Notes: generated from the sequence alone by a model not told the origin. A DNA stretch of 64,000 nucleotides from Dictyostelium discoideum (GCA_000004695.1 CM000153.2:3264001-3328000); one strand, 5' to 3'; counted from the first letter of the stretch, positions 1 to 13,828 are shown. Made by a program: numbers and translations.

Positions 1-1230
1 CTTCTCAACTCTCTCTTCGAAAAGTATAGAACATGCTGTATCCTTTACCTTTGCAATACCCTCCTCTGTTAAATTTGACATTGGTATTAAATGTGTACCA
101 CCAATACCACCTCTTGCTGGATCTGCTAATGATTGAATTAATTTCCAATCATCTTCTGGTACATCTTCTGGTCTTCTTGCATCAATTTTATTTAATACAA
201 CTAATAATGGTTTATTTAAAAATAATGCTTTAATACTAAAGAATAAATCAACCTTTAAATAAAAAAATAAAAATATATTAATATATTAATTATTAATTAT
301 TATTATTATTAAATAATTATTTAATTAATTAAAAATACTTTACTTGTTGTTTAATTGTATAACCACAACGTTCAGAAATATCAATTAAAAATAAAACACA
401 GGAATGTAAATGAGCTAAAGCAGTGATAGATTGCATTTCAATTGTATTACGTTCATCTAATGGATGATCTAAAATACCTGGAGTATCGATAACTTGCCAT
501 GTGTTATATTTAAAATCGGTATGACCAACGAATAATGATTTAGTGGTGAAAGCGTATGGTTGTACATCAACGTTGGCACGTGTTAATTTGTTCATAAATG
601 ATGATTTACCAACGTTTGGATAACCAGTCAATAATAAGGTACGTGTATTTGGGTCAATTGATGGTAAACGAGCTAAATGTTGTCTAACTTGTTCCAAATA
701 TTGTAAAGATGGTCCTTGTTTTAACATTAATGTACACATTCTACCTAATGAAGCTCTCTTCAATTGTTTACAACGGTATAATGAATCACCATATTTCAAT
801 AATCTTAAATAATCTTTTGATAAATTATCAATTAAATTTCTTGCTGTATTTAATTGACCTAATGCCAATTTGTAATGATCTTTATCATATAATACATTTA
901 TAAGATCTGCATAAAATGGATGAATATCCTATAAAAAAAAAATATTAATATTTTTTTTTTTTTTTTTTTTTTTTTATTTTTTTTTTTTTTTTATTTAAAA
1001 AATATACATACATCTAATAATGGGAAATCACCAATAATTTGAGTTAATTTTTCATGATAACTTTGTGCTGTATATTTAACTTTTCTCATATAAAAGGTAC
1101 GAATACGACCAATTGCATATTGTTTATGGATTTCAGTTGGAGTTTTTCTTTGAGTTTTTGATAAAACGATATCAATGAAATCTTTTGATGTTGGTACAAC
1201 TTGAATCTTTTTGAAATTATAAAGAACCAT
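1..1230 (-). CDS. nog1: Nucleolar GTP-binding protein 1 (NOG1 family), 5' three exons; gene continues past window start. Exons (minus strand): 1012..1230 (ATG at 1230), 344..928, 1..252 (partial). Introns 929..1011 and 253..343.
   Basis: Exon 1 translates to [73 protein letters not shown]. Exon 2 translates to [31 protein letters not shown]...[73 protein letters not shown] (G1 and G3 motifs). Exon 3 translates to [31 protein letters not shown] (NKxD). The match to the conserved NOG1 sequence comes from memory. Donors are GTATGT and GTAAAG. Confidence 0.85.
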
Positions 1231-1632
1231 TTTTTATTTTTTTTTTTTTAATTTATAAATTTGTGTGTGTAGGGTGTTTTTGGTTGTTGGTTTTTTATTA
1301 CTTTTTTTTTTTTTTTTGAGAAATCAATTCCAAGTGATGAAATAGTTAACAGGTAGTTATTGATTGTTGTTTTTTTTTTTTTGGTTTTTGAAAAAATTAA
1401 AAGAATAAAAAGATTTATATATATATATTATGAAAATTATATAATAATACGATCGTTTTTATCTAATATTTGTTTAAAAAAAAAAAAAGAGAAAAAAAAA
1501 AAATTTGTAAAAAAAAAAGAACGAGCGAGGAAAAAAAAAAATTAAATAAAAAATAAATCAAAAAAAAATAAATTTTTACGTTTTTTTTCTTTTTTTTTTT
1601 TATTTTTATTTTTATTTTTTTTTTTTATTTAT

Positions 1633-1797
1633 TTTTATTTTTGGAAAAGCGATCAATATACTATTATTATTATTATTATTATTATTTCATTAATGGTGGC
1701 CAATCATCAATTTTATTTTTGGAAAAGCGATCAATATAATAATAATAATATTATTATTATTTTATAAATGGTGGCCAATCATCAATTTTATTTTTTA
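1633..1797. repeat. Tandem duplication (2 units of about 78-82 bp) in the divergent promoter region between nog1 and the amidohydrolase gene; each unit carries GGAAAAGCGATCAATATA ... (ATT)n ... ATGGTGGCCAATCATCAATTTTATTTTT (CCAAT box)
   Basis: Direct read: GGAAAAGCGATCAATATA occurs at 1643 and 1721; TGGTGGCCAATCATCAATTTTATTTTT at about 1693 and 1769. A nearby perfect inverted repeat GGAAATAAAATGATTTTAATTTATTTCC lies at about 1853-1880. Confidence 0.7.
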
Positions 1798-2433
1798 TGT
1801 GGAGAAAAAAAAAAAAAATAATAATAATAAATAAAATAACCAATTTTATTTTTGGAAATAAAATGATTTTAATTTATTTCCACAAATAAAATTAATCAAA
1901 AAAAAAAAAATAATAATAATAAATAAATAAAAAATAATAAAATAAATATTAATAATTAAGTGATGTTTCTATTTTTTTTATTTTTTATTTTTTATTTATT
2001 TTTTATTTTTATTTTTTTTTTTTTCTTTTAAAATAATTAAGGGTCCATAGAAAATAAAAAATAATATTAAAAAAAAAAAAAAAAAGATGTGACCAACTGA
2101 ACAGCTCTGCATAAATTTACTTTTCACCACTTTAATGCTAGAATTTTTATATTCGGACACAAAAATTCCAAACCTTTAATTTAATTGGAAAAGTAAAAAA
2201 AAGAATATGTTTTTGCTAAGCAAATTGTCACGTTTTGTTCTCAAGATATTTATTGGATTCGTTTTTTAATTTTATTTTATTTTTTTTTTTTATTTTTATT
2301 TTTTTTTTTTATTTTTTTTTTCGTTTTTCAGATTTTTTTATTTTTTTTTAATTTTATTTTATTTTATTTTTTTTTTTATTTAAATAACAGTTTTTAATTT
2401 TTTTTATTTGTTTGCTTGTTAATTTTTTATTAT

Positions 2434-2467
<34 letters not shown>

Positions 2468-2470
<3 letters not shown>

Positions 2471-3151
2471 ATAATGAATGAAATATCATCAAAAGAAGTT
2501 TCAAGTGTAAATAAAACCATGCAAGATGCAGATTATGCAGTAGTTGCCAAATGGATTATACCAGTGGTGCCAGAGAATACAGTTTATGAAAATCATTGTT
2601 TAGTAGTTAAGGATGAAAAGATATTGGATATTATTAGATTCAGTGATTTAGAGCAAAGATATAATGTGAAGAATGTAATAGATTTAAAAGAGATGAATTC
2701 CGACACAAGTTCATCAATAAGTTCAACCTCTGAATATATATTAGCACCTGGTTTCATCAATATGCATACTCACAGTGCCATGTCATTATTGAGGGGTTAC
2801 GCTGACGACGTTTCATTACATGATTGGTTAACAAAATTCATTTGGCCTGCTGAAGCACAACATGTTGGTGAAGAATTTGTTAAAGTTGGTACGGAATTAG
2901 CATGTTTAGAAATGATTAAAACCGGTACCACCTGTTGTAATGATATGTACTATTATCCAGAAGTCTCTGCTCAAGTCGTTGAACAATTTGGTATGAGAGC
3001 TACATTAGCCGCTCCAATCATTAAATTCCCAACAGTTTATGCTCAATCAGAACAAGAATACATTGAAAAAGGTATTCAATTAATTGAAAAATATAAAGAT
3101 CATTCTAAAATTAAAATTTCATTAGGTCCACATGCTGTTTATACAAGTAAT

Positions 3152-3183
<32 letters not shown>

Positions 3184-4010
3184 ATAATATATATATATTT
3201 TTAAAAGTATTAATACTTTTATAATTTAAAATTTATATAGTTACAGATGAAGCATATTTAAAAGTTAAAGAATTATCAGAAAAATATGGAGTTAAAATTC
3301 ATACACATTTACATGAAACTACTCATGAAGTTTCAGAAGAGGTTAAGGTTAGTGGTAAGAGACCAATTGAGAGATTGAGAGATTTGGGAGTATTATCATC
3401 ATCATTGATTGCAGCTCATATGACACAATTAACAAGTGAAGATTTAGATTTGACAGCAAAGAGTGGTATTAATGTTGTACATTGTCCAGAATCAAATTTA
3501 AAGTTGGGTGTTAAAGGTATTTCACCAGTTCATAAACTTTTAAAACAAGGTGTAAACGTTTCAGTTGGTACTGATTCTGCCGCTAGTAATGATGATTTAG
3601 ATATGTTGGGTGAATTACGTACTGCAGCTTACATTGATAAACTCTCTGCAAATACTCATTCAATTGAAGGTGGTGAACCTGTAACACCATCATATAAGAT
3701 TTTGTCAATGGCAACTATTAACGGTGCAAAGGCATTGGGTATCGATGATAAAGTTGGTTCACTTCAAATTGGTAAATTTGCAGATTTCATCGCTGTCAAA
3801 GTTTCAAGTCATCCAGTCTATGATCCAATCTCTCATTTAGTTTATGTTGGTACTAATCATGTCACTGATGTTTGGGTTGCTGGTAAACAATTATTAAGAA
3901 ATTCAAAATTAACAACTGTAAATGAAAATCAAGTTAAATCAAGAGTATTAGAATTCTCACAAAAAATTCATGCTTCTCGTCCAAAAACAAGTTTAACTGT
4001 TATCTCTTAA
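2468..4010 (+). CDS. Metal-dependent amidohydrolase of the ATZ/TRZ - MTA/SAH deaminase (chlorohydrolase-like) family; 2 exons 2468..3146 and 3241..4010 (intron 3147..3240, donor GTAATT, acceptor ATATAG)
   Basis: ILAPGFINMHTHSAMSLLRGYADDVSLHDWL (HxH metal motif), HTHLHET in exon 2, and C-terminal ...GSLQIGKFADFIAV..., typical of the amidohydrolase superfamily subgroup with 5-methylthioadenosine/S-adenosylhomocysteine deaminase and guanine deaminase. The ORF-track exon 1 tail [10 protein letters not shown] is read-through into the (TTA)n intron. The phase-1 junction restores ...AVYT-I-TDEAYLKVKEL.... Confidence 0.75.
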
Positions 4011-4239
4011 AAAAAAAAAAAAAAAAAAAAAATATAAAAAATAAAAATAAAAAAATAATAATAATAAAAATAAAAATAATAAAAAAAAAAAAATACAAAA
4101 TACAAAAATACAAACACATTTAGTTTTTTTTTTAATTTATTTTTAAATAATTAAAGGATTTTTATTTTAGATGATAAATTAATTTATTTATCTACTATTA
4201 AAAAATATGAATATTAATAATTAATTACAAATTTACTAT

Positions 4240-4279
<40 letters not shown>

Positions 4280-4346
4280 TTTAATAAATTAGATGTTTAT
4301 TATCACCATCGATTTATTAATATATTTTTATTTTTATATTAAATTT

Positions 4347-4393
<47 letters not shown>

Positions 4394-4956
4394 AATGTTT
4401 TTTTTTTTTTTTTTCTAAACTATCAAAAATTATCATCGTCATCTTAATCTTATACATCATGAAGATGGTATATCGCAATATGAAAATTAAAAAAATAAAC
4501 AAGTATATAAAAAAAAAAAAAAAGTTTATGAAAAAAAGAAAAAAGAGCACCACTAAAAAAACTTTACTAACAATAAAAATTTATTTATTGTTATTAATTT
4601 CAATTGTATTATCTGAGTATTTTTATCCTCATTTAGCCAATAAAAAATGGAAAGTTTTTTTTTTTTTTTTTTTTTAATTAAACAATTGAAAAAAATTAGT
4701 GCATTTGCATGTGAATTTTTTATTATTAAATTATTTTTTTGTTTTTTTAATATAATTTTATCATCTTTTCTTTTTTTTTTTTTTTTTTTGTAAAAAAATT
4801 AGTAAATATATATTGTAAATACAAATTTGTATTCTTTTATAACTCATGACAGAACTTCAGTCAATGTTTTTATTCAATATCAGATGACATTGGATTATGG
4901 GATTTTTTGATTTGTTAGTTAACAAATTGTTAAATTAATCAATTTTGTTAATGGGT

Positions 4957-4999
<43 letters not shown>

Positions 5000-5225
5000 T
5001 TGTTTCAAAAAAAAAGGTATAAATAAAAACCTTTTCTTTTATTTATTTATTTATTTATTTATTTTAAATTTTTTTTAATCTTTATTTTTAATTTCAATTA
5101 CTTTTTTTTTTTTTTTTTTTAATATTAAAATAAATAATTATTATTTGAAACTGATAGGAGCTTTCTCCACCCCTTTATATTTTTCAATTAAAAACACAAT
5201 GGTGATTGGAGATAAATATTGATAA

Positions 5226-5257
<32 letters not shown>

Positions 5258-6469
5258 TAAAATAAGATAATAAAAAAAAAAAAAAAAAAGAAAAAGTTTA
5301 ATATGTGGTTTTTTAATTGTTAATGATTTTTTATTTTGATACGATTTTATCGATGATACAAAAAACAAATTATAGATTTTGATTGGTAAAAATATTATTG
5401 TTGTTAATAATGTTGTCATTTTTGTTGTTGTTTAAGGTTTTTATATAAAAATTTGTTCATATTTCTGTAATTTGGATTTTAAAAAATAATGTATACAAGA
5501 AAGTTTATCAAATACCACCTTTTACCCACAGCTTTTATTAAAATGAGTTATTGTTATTTTCAAATAAAAAATTTATACAATTCAATAAAAAATACTATTT
5601 TAATATGAATTTATCCCTTAGTTTTTATCATTTTATCATTTTTTTTTTTTTTTTTTTTTTTTTATACATTTTATAAAATTTTTAATTTATTTCTTTCAAA
5701 TTTCTTTGTTTTTATGATTTTGAAATATAAAAGGTACATAATATATATATATAAAAAAAAAAACAATTTTATTATATTAAAATTCTCTTCTTTTTTTGGT
5801 GGTGGGTAAAAGTAAATTTTTTTTGTTTTTCTTTCTTTGTTTTCTTTATTTTTATTTTATTATTTTTTTTTTTTAATTTGAAATGGGGTATAAACCACTA
5901 ATTGAAAGATAACAACCCACTCACTCACACTTCACAATTCCAAAAACACACACATACTATTCCCACCAACAAAACCACTCTCTCTCTCTATAATGATATC
6001 TGTACAAATACACTCTGGGAGTAGTAGTTAAGATATTACTAATAAATAGATACATTGTATATAATGAGATAGAGTTAAATGAATGGTTTATATAACAATA
6101 AATCAAAATAAATAAAGAAACAAAAATAAAAGAAAAAAAAAAAAAAAAAAAAAGGAAAATACATACACATACACACACATACACACACACATATTATATT
6201 AAACACAATCAATAAGGTTGGTATAAAAATTTTAAAATAAAGTAACCACTACAACAACAATAACTATTACTACTAAAACCTCATAATATTTTTATAAAAA
6301 CACACTAAACAAACAACACACCAACACACCTTTTAACTTTATGTTTCATTATATCATTATCATTATTAAAATTAAATTACTTTCCTTTTTTATTATTTGT
6401 AGTTGGAAAAAGATTTTTTTAATTTTTTATTTTTTTAATAATTTGGATATCCAAAGATTATATAAATTA

Positions 6470-6509
<40 letters not shown>

Positions 6510-6784
6510 ATACTTTTCAAACAAAAAATAATAAAATAAATAAATAAAAAAAAATAATTATATAATTATAATAATTAAAATTATAAAATAATTTATAATT
6601 ATTATTTTTAAATTTTTTAAAAAAATAAATAAATATATATATATGTGTACAATAGTAAAAAAAAAAAAAAAAAATTTAATTAATATATTCATTTAAAATA
6701 AATTCAAAAAATAATTAAACGCAAGAAATCGTGTACTCTCTCCTGAACCTATAAATCTTTTTTTAAAAAAATAAATATATAAAA

Positions 6785-7141
6785 ATGACAATTATAAGTA
6801 TGTACAATTAAAAAATGTTTTAATCAAAACATGTATGAATTTTTTTTTTTTTAATAGATTGACTAATCTATTATCTTTTATTTTTTTTTTTTTTATAATT
6901 TTTTATAATTTTTTAATTTTGTTATATTTTAGATAGTTTACAATCATTCTTAAATTTTAAAAAAACCAATAATATAAATTGTTCATCATCCCTTTATATA
7001 GATTGTAAAAATAATAATATTGGTTATAGTAATAATAATAATAATAATAAAATATATGGAACAAATTTTATAGCTGGTTTCGATATATGGATAATTGATA
7101 ATGGTAAAACTTTTGAACCAAATGCAGGACTTAAATTGTAA
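6785..7141 (+). CDS. Speculative small 2-exon gene (73 aa): 13-nt first exon ATGACAATTATAA + GTATGT donor, exon 2 6933..7141
   Basis: TATAAA at about 6752. ATGACAATTATAA|GTATGTAC, then acceptor TATTTTAG|ATAGTTTACAA joins in frame (phase 1) to ...NSLQSFLNFKKTNNINCSSSLYIDCKNNNIGYSNNNNNNKIYGTNFIAGFDIWIIDNGKTFEPNAGLKL*. No homology recognised. Weak support. Confidence 0.2.
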
Positions 7142-7277
7142 TTCTAATTAATTGTTATATTATAAATTTTTAAAAAAAAAAATGTCATTTTAGAATAAAG
7201 AAAAAAAATAATTTTTTAAACATATATTTTAAATAAATAAAATATATCTACCCCAAAAAAAAAAAAAAAAAAAAAAA

Positions 7278-7321
<44 letters not shown>

Positions 7322-7862
7322 AAAAAGATATAAATAAAAATAAAACAAATAATAAAAAAAAAGGTAATTCTTTTTTTTTAAATATTATAAATTTACAAAA
7401 TATAAAATTACTTGTTTTTTTTGTTTTTAATTAATCCTTTTTTTTTTATATATAGTTTTTTAATTTAAGTATTTTTAAAAGATTGTGTTTTTGGACGTTG
7501 TGAAATGTAATTATTATGTTTTTGATGTTACTCACCTGCAATATGAAATTGAACATAGCCAAATTACATAAACATATAGATTGGCTAACAAATAATAATA
7601 ACCAACCAAATACTTTGAATTTTTCAATCTGATTTTATTTTATTTTTTTAAAATATTACAAAAATTATAATGAATTGTTTTTTATTTTTTTTATTTTTTT
7701 TATTTTTTTTTAACATGTCACTAGTTATTTTTTTAATCCATATAATTTTATTTCAATACAAAAATAAGTTTTGTCAAACCACCATATTTTAACACAAAAA
7801 AAAAAAAAAAAAAGAAAAAAAAAGAAATAAATATTAAAAAGAAGATAGTTTTTATTATAGTT

Positions 7863-8183
7863 TTAATCAAATTGAGTTGTACAATTTATCATTGATTTAA
7901 TTTCAGGTGATAATTTAGATTTATTATATGATGGTGATAAAGATAAATGAATAACAGATGTTGGTATATTATCAATAGATAAATCTTGAGAAAAATCTTT
8001 TGAAAATGTGATTGAAGTTACAGAATTTGGGAATGTATTTGGAAGTATTTTTTGATTGAATGAATTTTTAAATTTTATAGTTGAAATTCCGTATGGAAGT
8101 GCTCCAGCTTCAATAATTGAATTAAATTCTGACCCAAATATTAAAATTCTAAGACAACTTTTTTTATTCTGATCGTCATTAGT

Positions 8184-8220
<37 letters not shown>

Positions 8221-10196
8221 AGATTAAAATTTGATAGTTGCTGATTAAATGAATCTGAAAATTTTAATTCATAAACTGATGATGGTATTGAACTTTTATC
8301 TAATTTTTTATTAAAATTTGAACCTAAATCTAAAAAAGTTAAACTATTTGGTAAAATTCCATTGGGTAGAGGATGGTTATATTCTTTTGATAGTTTTAAT
8401 GTTGTCACACCAAATGGAATAGAACCTTTCAATAAAGGATGATTAAATGTTTGACCAAGTTGTAAATAAGTACAAGTTGAAGGAATAACACCGGGTAATA
8501 ACACTTGATTAAAACATTTACCAAAATCAATTCTTTTCAATGATGAATTTAATGGAAATGAATTTAAATCTAATTCTCTATTAAAATGAAAACCAAATTT
8601 TAAAGATTTTAAAGATTTTAAATTTAAAAAACTCTTTGAAATTAATTGATTAAATTTAAAACCACAATATAATGATTCAAGATTATCAGGTAGTCCATTT
8701 TCTTCAATGATTTGATTAAATGTTGAACCGAATTCAATTAAAGTTACATTTTTAGGGAAAGTATCAACTTTTATTGATTTATTACCATTATTAAATTTTT
8801 GACCAAATATAATTGATTTTAATGATATTGGTAATATTGAAATTAAACCTTCTTCTTTTTTTATATCATTCTTAAATTGAATTAAATATTGATCGAATGA
8901 AATACCAAATTCAATATGTTCAACAGTTTGAGGAATACTATTATAATATAAAGTTTGATTAAATGATTCACCAAATGTAATTGATTTTAATGATAAAGGT
9001 AAAATTGAGGGTAGAATAAGTCGATTAAATGATTTACCAAAACTAATTGAATTTAATGTTATTAATGAACTTAAAATAGTAGAATAATTTAAAGGTTGGT
9101 TCCAATCATCACCAAAAATTAAAACTTGTAATGATGTTGGTAGTGTAGATTTCTCAATTGGATAATTAAATTTATTTGATAAACGTAATATCTTTAATTC
9201 TTGTGGTAGTAAATTTAATGGTATTGGATGATTCCAATCACAACCTAAATCTAATTCTGTTAACGATTCACTTAATGAGTATGGATTTAATGGTTTATTA
9301 AAATTTAAACCCATTTTTAAAGTTAAAAGATTTGGACATAAACATTGTAATTGGGAATCATCAATCGGTTGATTAAAATTTCTACCAAATTGAAGATATT
9401 CTAAATCCTCTGGAAGATTTATTAATTCACTATTAAATTCATTACCAAATATAATCCTTTTTACATTTACTGGCCACTCAATTAAATGTAATGGTTGATT
9501 AAATTTAAAATTGAATATCATTGATGTTAAACTTGTAGGAAATTGGTCACTTTTGAATGGTTCATTAAAAAATGGACCAAATTCAATGGTTTCAATAAAA
9601 GAGTTTCTTAAAACTTTTACACTATGTCCTGATAAAATTTCATTTGAATTTATGAATATCCTTTTAAGAGTGATTGGTATTGAACCAATTTGAAAATTTT
9701 CTAAACCAATATCTGTATTTAATGTTAATTTAGTTAGTGATTCACCTAATGCTCCTTTTTCAACCATTGATTTAAATTTACCACCAATTTGTAATGTTAA
9801 TACTTGTGATGGTATTATACCCTTTATTAATGTACTTGTTGAATCAATAATATAAATAGAGGTTAACCATTCCCTATATTCATAATTTAATAATGATTCA
9901 ACCGTAAATTCTCTCTTTTCATTAAAAACTTTTTCATATAAAACAAGATTTTCTAAAATTGTATATTTTAAATAATTATTTCTCCAAATTTTAAAAAATA
10001 AAAAACTATTATCAATTTCATCTTCTTTATTTAAAAAAAATTTTTTTTTTTTAATTTTATTTCTATTTTTATTAATATTATAATTATTATTATTTGAATT
10101 ATTATTATTATTACTATTAAAACCTGGATTATTTAAAGGAATAAAGGTATTTTTTTCAATTGGTTTTTTTTTATAAATTTTACAAAAAAAAAACAT
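7863..10196 (-). CDS. FNIP-repeat-containing protein (Dictyostelium/giant-virus FNIP repeat family), single 777-aa ORF
   Basis: More than 20 tandem copies of the roughly 22-aa unit ...LP.SL..L.FG..FNQ.I... (e.g. FGKSFNRLILPSILPLSLKSITFGESFNQTL; LKFGFHFNRELDLNSFPLNSSLKRIDFGKCFNQVL). N-terminal FLFFKIWRNNYLKY box; internal poly-Asp tract. Confidence 0.8.
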
Positions 10197-10241
10197 TGGT
10201 TTTAAAAAGACCCTTTGGTGATTTGATTTTTTAAAAGATCT

Positions 10242-10314
<73 letters not shown>

Positions 10315-10351
10315 CATTTTTTATTTTTTAATTTAATTTACAAACTTTAAG

Positions 10352-10782
10352 ATGTTGACAAAGATATTAAATAATTTTAAATCTATTAATATAAGGTTTT
10401 TTACAAGACCAGGTTGTTCATTATGTCAGTCTGCCAAAGAAATAATATACCCAGCAGTTGAGGAAGATGTAATTTTCTAAATAAAAAAAAAAAAAAAAAA
10501 ATATATATATATAAAAATCACGTAAATATATTATTTACATTTTTATTTTTTTATTTTTTATTTTTAATTTAGTTTCCAACAAATAGATTCACAATTGAAG
10601 AAATTGATATTGATAAAGAAAATAATAAACAATATTTTGATAAATTTAAAAATGATGTACCAGTTGGTATGATTGATCAAAAAATTATATTTAAACATAG
10701 AATAGATGAAGATAAATTATATTATGATTTAGAAACAATTTTAAGACAACAAATTAAAAAAGAAAAAGAAGAAAAAGAATAA
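10352..10782 (+). CDS. Glutaredoxin-like thioredoxin-fold protein (DUF836 / Glutaredoxin_2 family, YDR286C-like); exons 10352..10459 and 10573..10782
   Basis: MLTKILNNFKSINIRFFTRPGCSLCQSAKEIIYPAVEED | FPTNRFTIEEIDIDKENNKQYFDKFKNDVPVGMIDQKIIFKHRIDEDKLYYDLETILRQQIKKEKEEKE*. CxxC (CSLC) preceded by a mitochondrial-presequence-like N-terminus. Donor GAT|GTAATT, acceptor TTTAG|TTTCC. Confidence 0.6.
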
Positions 10783-10944
10783 AAATAAAATTAAAAAATA
10801 AAATAACACACACACTGCTATCAAAATTTTTAATTTATTTATATACATTTTTTTTTTTTTTTTTATATGTTTTTTTTTTTGTATCGATTTATATTTTTTA
10901 TTTTTTTATTTTTTTTTTAAATAAACCAACAACAATAATTATTG

Positions 10945-11601
<657 letters not shown>

Positions 11602-11706
11602 ATTTCTGATATTGTATTTATAGTGTTGAAATGAAATGCTTTTTGGTTGAAAATATGAAAATGAAAAAAAAAAATAAAATAAAAAAAAAAAAAAAAAAAG
11701 ATTTTG

Positions 11707-11740
<34 letters not shown>

Positions 11741-13200
11741 AAGAATTAAAATGACATAGTGATTATTACATGTAAAAATTTTCAAAAAAAATAAAATAAA
11801 AGACATCAACAAAATACTAATTATTTGGAAAGATTTTATAAAAAACTACATGGTCATGACATGAAGCAAATGATTTGCGTACACCGTACAAGATGCAAAC
11901 AATATCAAAAAGTTGGAAATTAGTTTACCGCTACCACCACCAGAGAATTCAGAGTTTGAAACTTGTTAAGAAAGTGATAAAGATGGTGCTATGGTTTCCG
12001 TTGTCTCTCATAAAAATTTTGATGGTTGATGCACCTTCTCAAGCCCTACTGTTTCAATCAATCAAAAAAAGCAGGTATCTTTTAGATAATTAATTCAACA
12101 TTGAATATAAAAGAGATAAATTTAGCATATTGTTTTTTATTTTAAGGGGATAGGCCCCATTTTCAAAAAATGGCGGGGAACCTATGACCCTGTGTAAACC
12201 AAAGAATTCATTTAGTTTTTTGATTTAAAAATTAAAAAGAATAATAAAAAAAATAAAAATAAAATAAATAAAAAAAAGGTAATAACTATTTAATTAAATT
12301 ATTTATTCTGTCCTCTCATTTATCTTTTTTTTTAAAAAATAAAATTAGTAAACGAAAATAAAAAATCAATTTATTCCCTATTTGTTCATCAATATATATT
12401 TATATAAAATTTATTCCCTACTTGTTCTCCAAAATAAAAAAACAATTACAAAAAATGAATAATTAAATTCCTAAAATTTTTGGTTGAATATTCGAGTTTT
12501 ACGATTTCCCGAGGATTTAATATTAAAAAAAAAAAACAATTCATGACCAGCCCTAATCATAAAAAAACCACTAAAACATGCAAAGATTGGAAAAAAAAAA
12601 AAATAAAAATAAAAAAAAAAAACAAAATTAAAATAAATAAATAAAAGACACTTTCATTATAATTATAATTTTATTTTATTTTTTTTTATTTTGTTTTTTA
12701 ATTTTAATTTTTAGATATTGATAAAAACACAAAAGAAAAAAAAAAAAAATATTTTCGTTTTTATTTTCTTTTATTTTTTTTTTTAGTATTATTTAAAAAA
12801 AAAAAAAAAAATAATTTGTTTTATTTTTTTAATTTTTTTTTTTATTTTTGTTTTTTTTTTTCATTTTTTATTTATTTTTTTTTATTCACTATCTATTATG
12901 AATAGCAGAAATTATTCGATTGAAACCTCTTCAAATAAAATAATATACTTTTTTTTATTTTTTTTTTATTTAATTATTTTTTTTTTTAATTTCAAAAAAT
13001 AAAATATCCTCTCGTTGTTCTTCAAAATAAAAAATAAAATATAAAAAAAATAAATAAAAAAAATAATAATAATAAATAAAAAAATAAAAACTTTATTTAA
13101 TTTTATTTAATTTTTTTTTTTTTTTTTTTTTTCAACCAAAAACTAAATTTGTTTTTTATATTAAGACTGACTTAAATTGAGATTATTTTTATGGAAATAA

Positions 13201-13828
13201 TTATTCAGTTGGATAAATTTCAAAATATTCAATGGCATACTTATGATGAATGATTTATTTTTAAATTAGTACAACTTTTTTTAATCAATGTAAAAATAGT
13301 GAATAATATAATTATTATAACTTACTTTTCTAAGTTCTTCACGTGTAATACATTTGTCATCATCAGAATCCACATCTTCAAACATTGAGTTGGCCAAGAC
13401 TTTAGCTTGAGCTTCATTTGAACCACAAGTAACGAAAAATTGTCTGGCCTCATCCCAAGTAATTTTATTATCTTTATTTGAATCAGCCTATAAAATTTTA
13501 TTTATTTTTTTATTTTTAAAAATATTAAATTTCAATTACTATGTTTTTATGGGAAAGATTAATATTTATATATTTAATATATATATATTACATTAAAAAT
13601 AGTATCAACGAATTTTTTTAAACAATCTTCAGCTTTAATAATATAATCTACAAGTAATGCAGCTTTAACTTCATTAACCGAAAGTTTTCCATCTTTGTCA
13701 TGATCAAATAGTTCAAATAATGAATTGGTTGCCAAAGTTGGGTTTGGGTATTTGCATTTCTTGTACATGTCATTAATTTCTTTCTTTGAAAATTGGTTAT
13801 CACCATTTTTATCAAATGATTTAATCAT
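13201..13828 (-). CDS. EF-hand calcium-binding protein (4 EF-hand loops; Dictyostelium Cbp-like); exons 13592..13828, 13326..13487, 13201..13239 (last exon uncertain)
   Basis: [24 protein letters not shown]...[42 protein letters not shown] | [54 protein letters not shown] | [12 protein letters not shown]. Canonical 12-residue loops [36 protein letters not shown] and [12 protein letters not shown]. Donors GTAATA and GTAAGT. Confidence 0.6.

Noticed and set aside
1360-1545. Short low-complexity ORFs in homopolymer-rich intergenic DNA (1360, 4459, 5141, 5957, 6341, 11075, 11319, 15582, 33029, 33093, 40334, 41055, 41092, 41102, 41315, 45812, 50297, 62353)
   Set aside because: Poly-F/K/L translations of A/T runs with no start context, splice signals or homology. 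The minus-strand reading at 40436-40636 is kept, because it is homologous to the paralog-2 N-terminus and is exon 1 of GTPase paralog 1.
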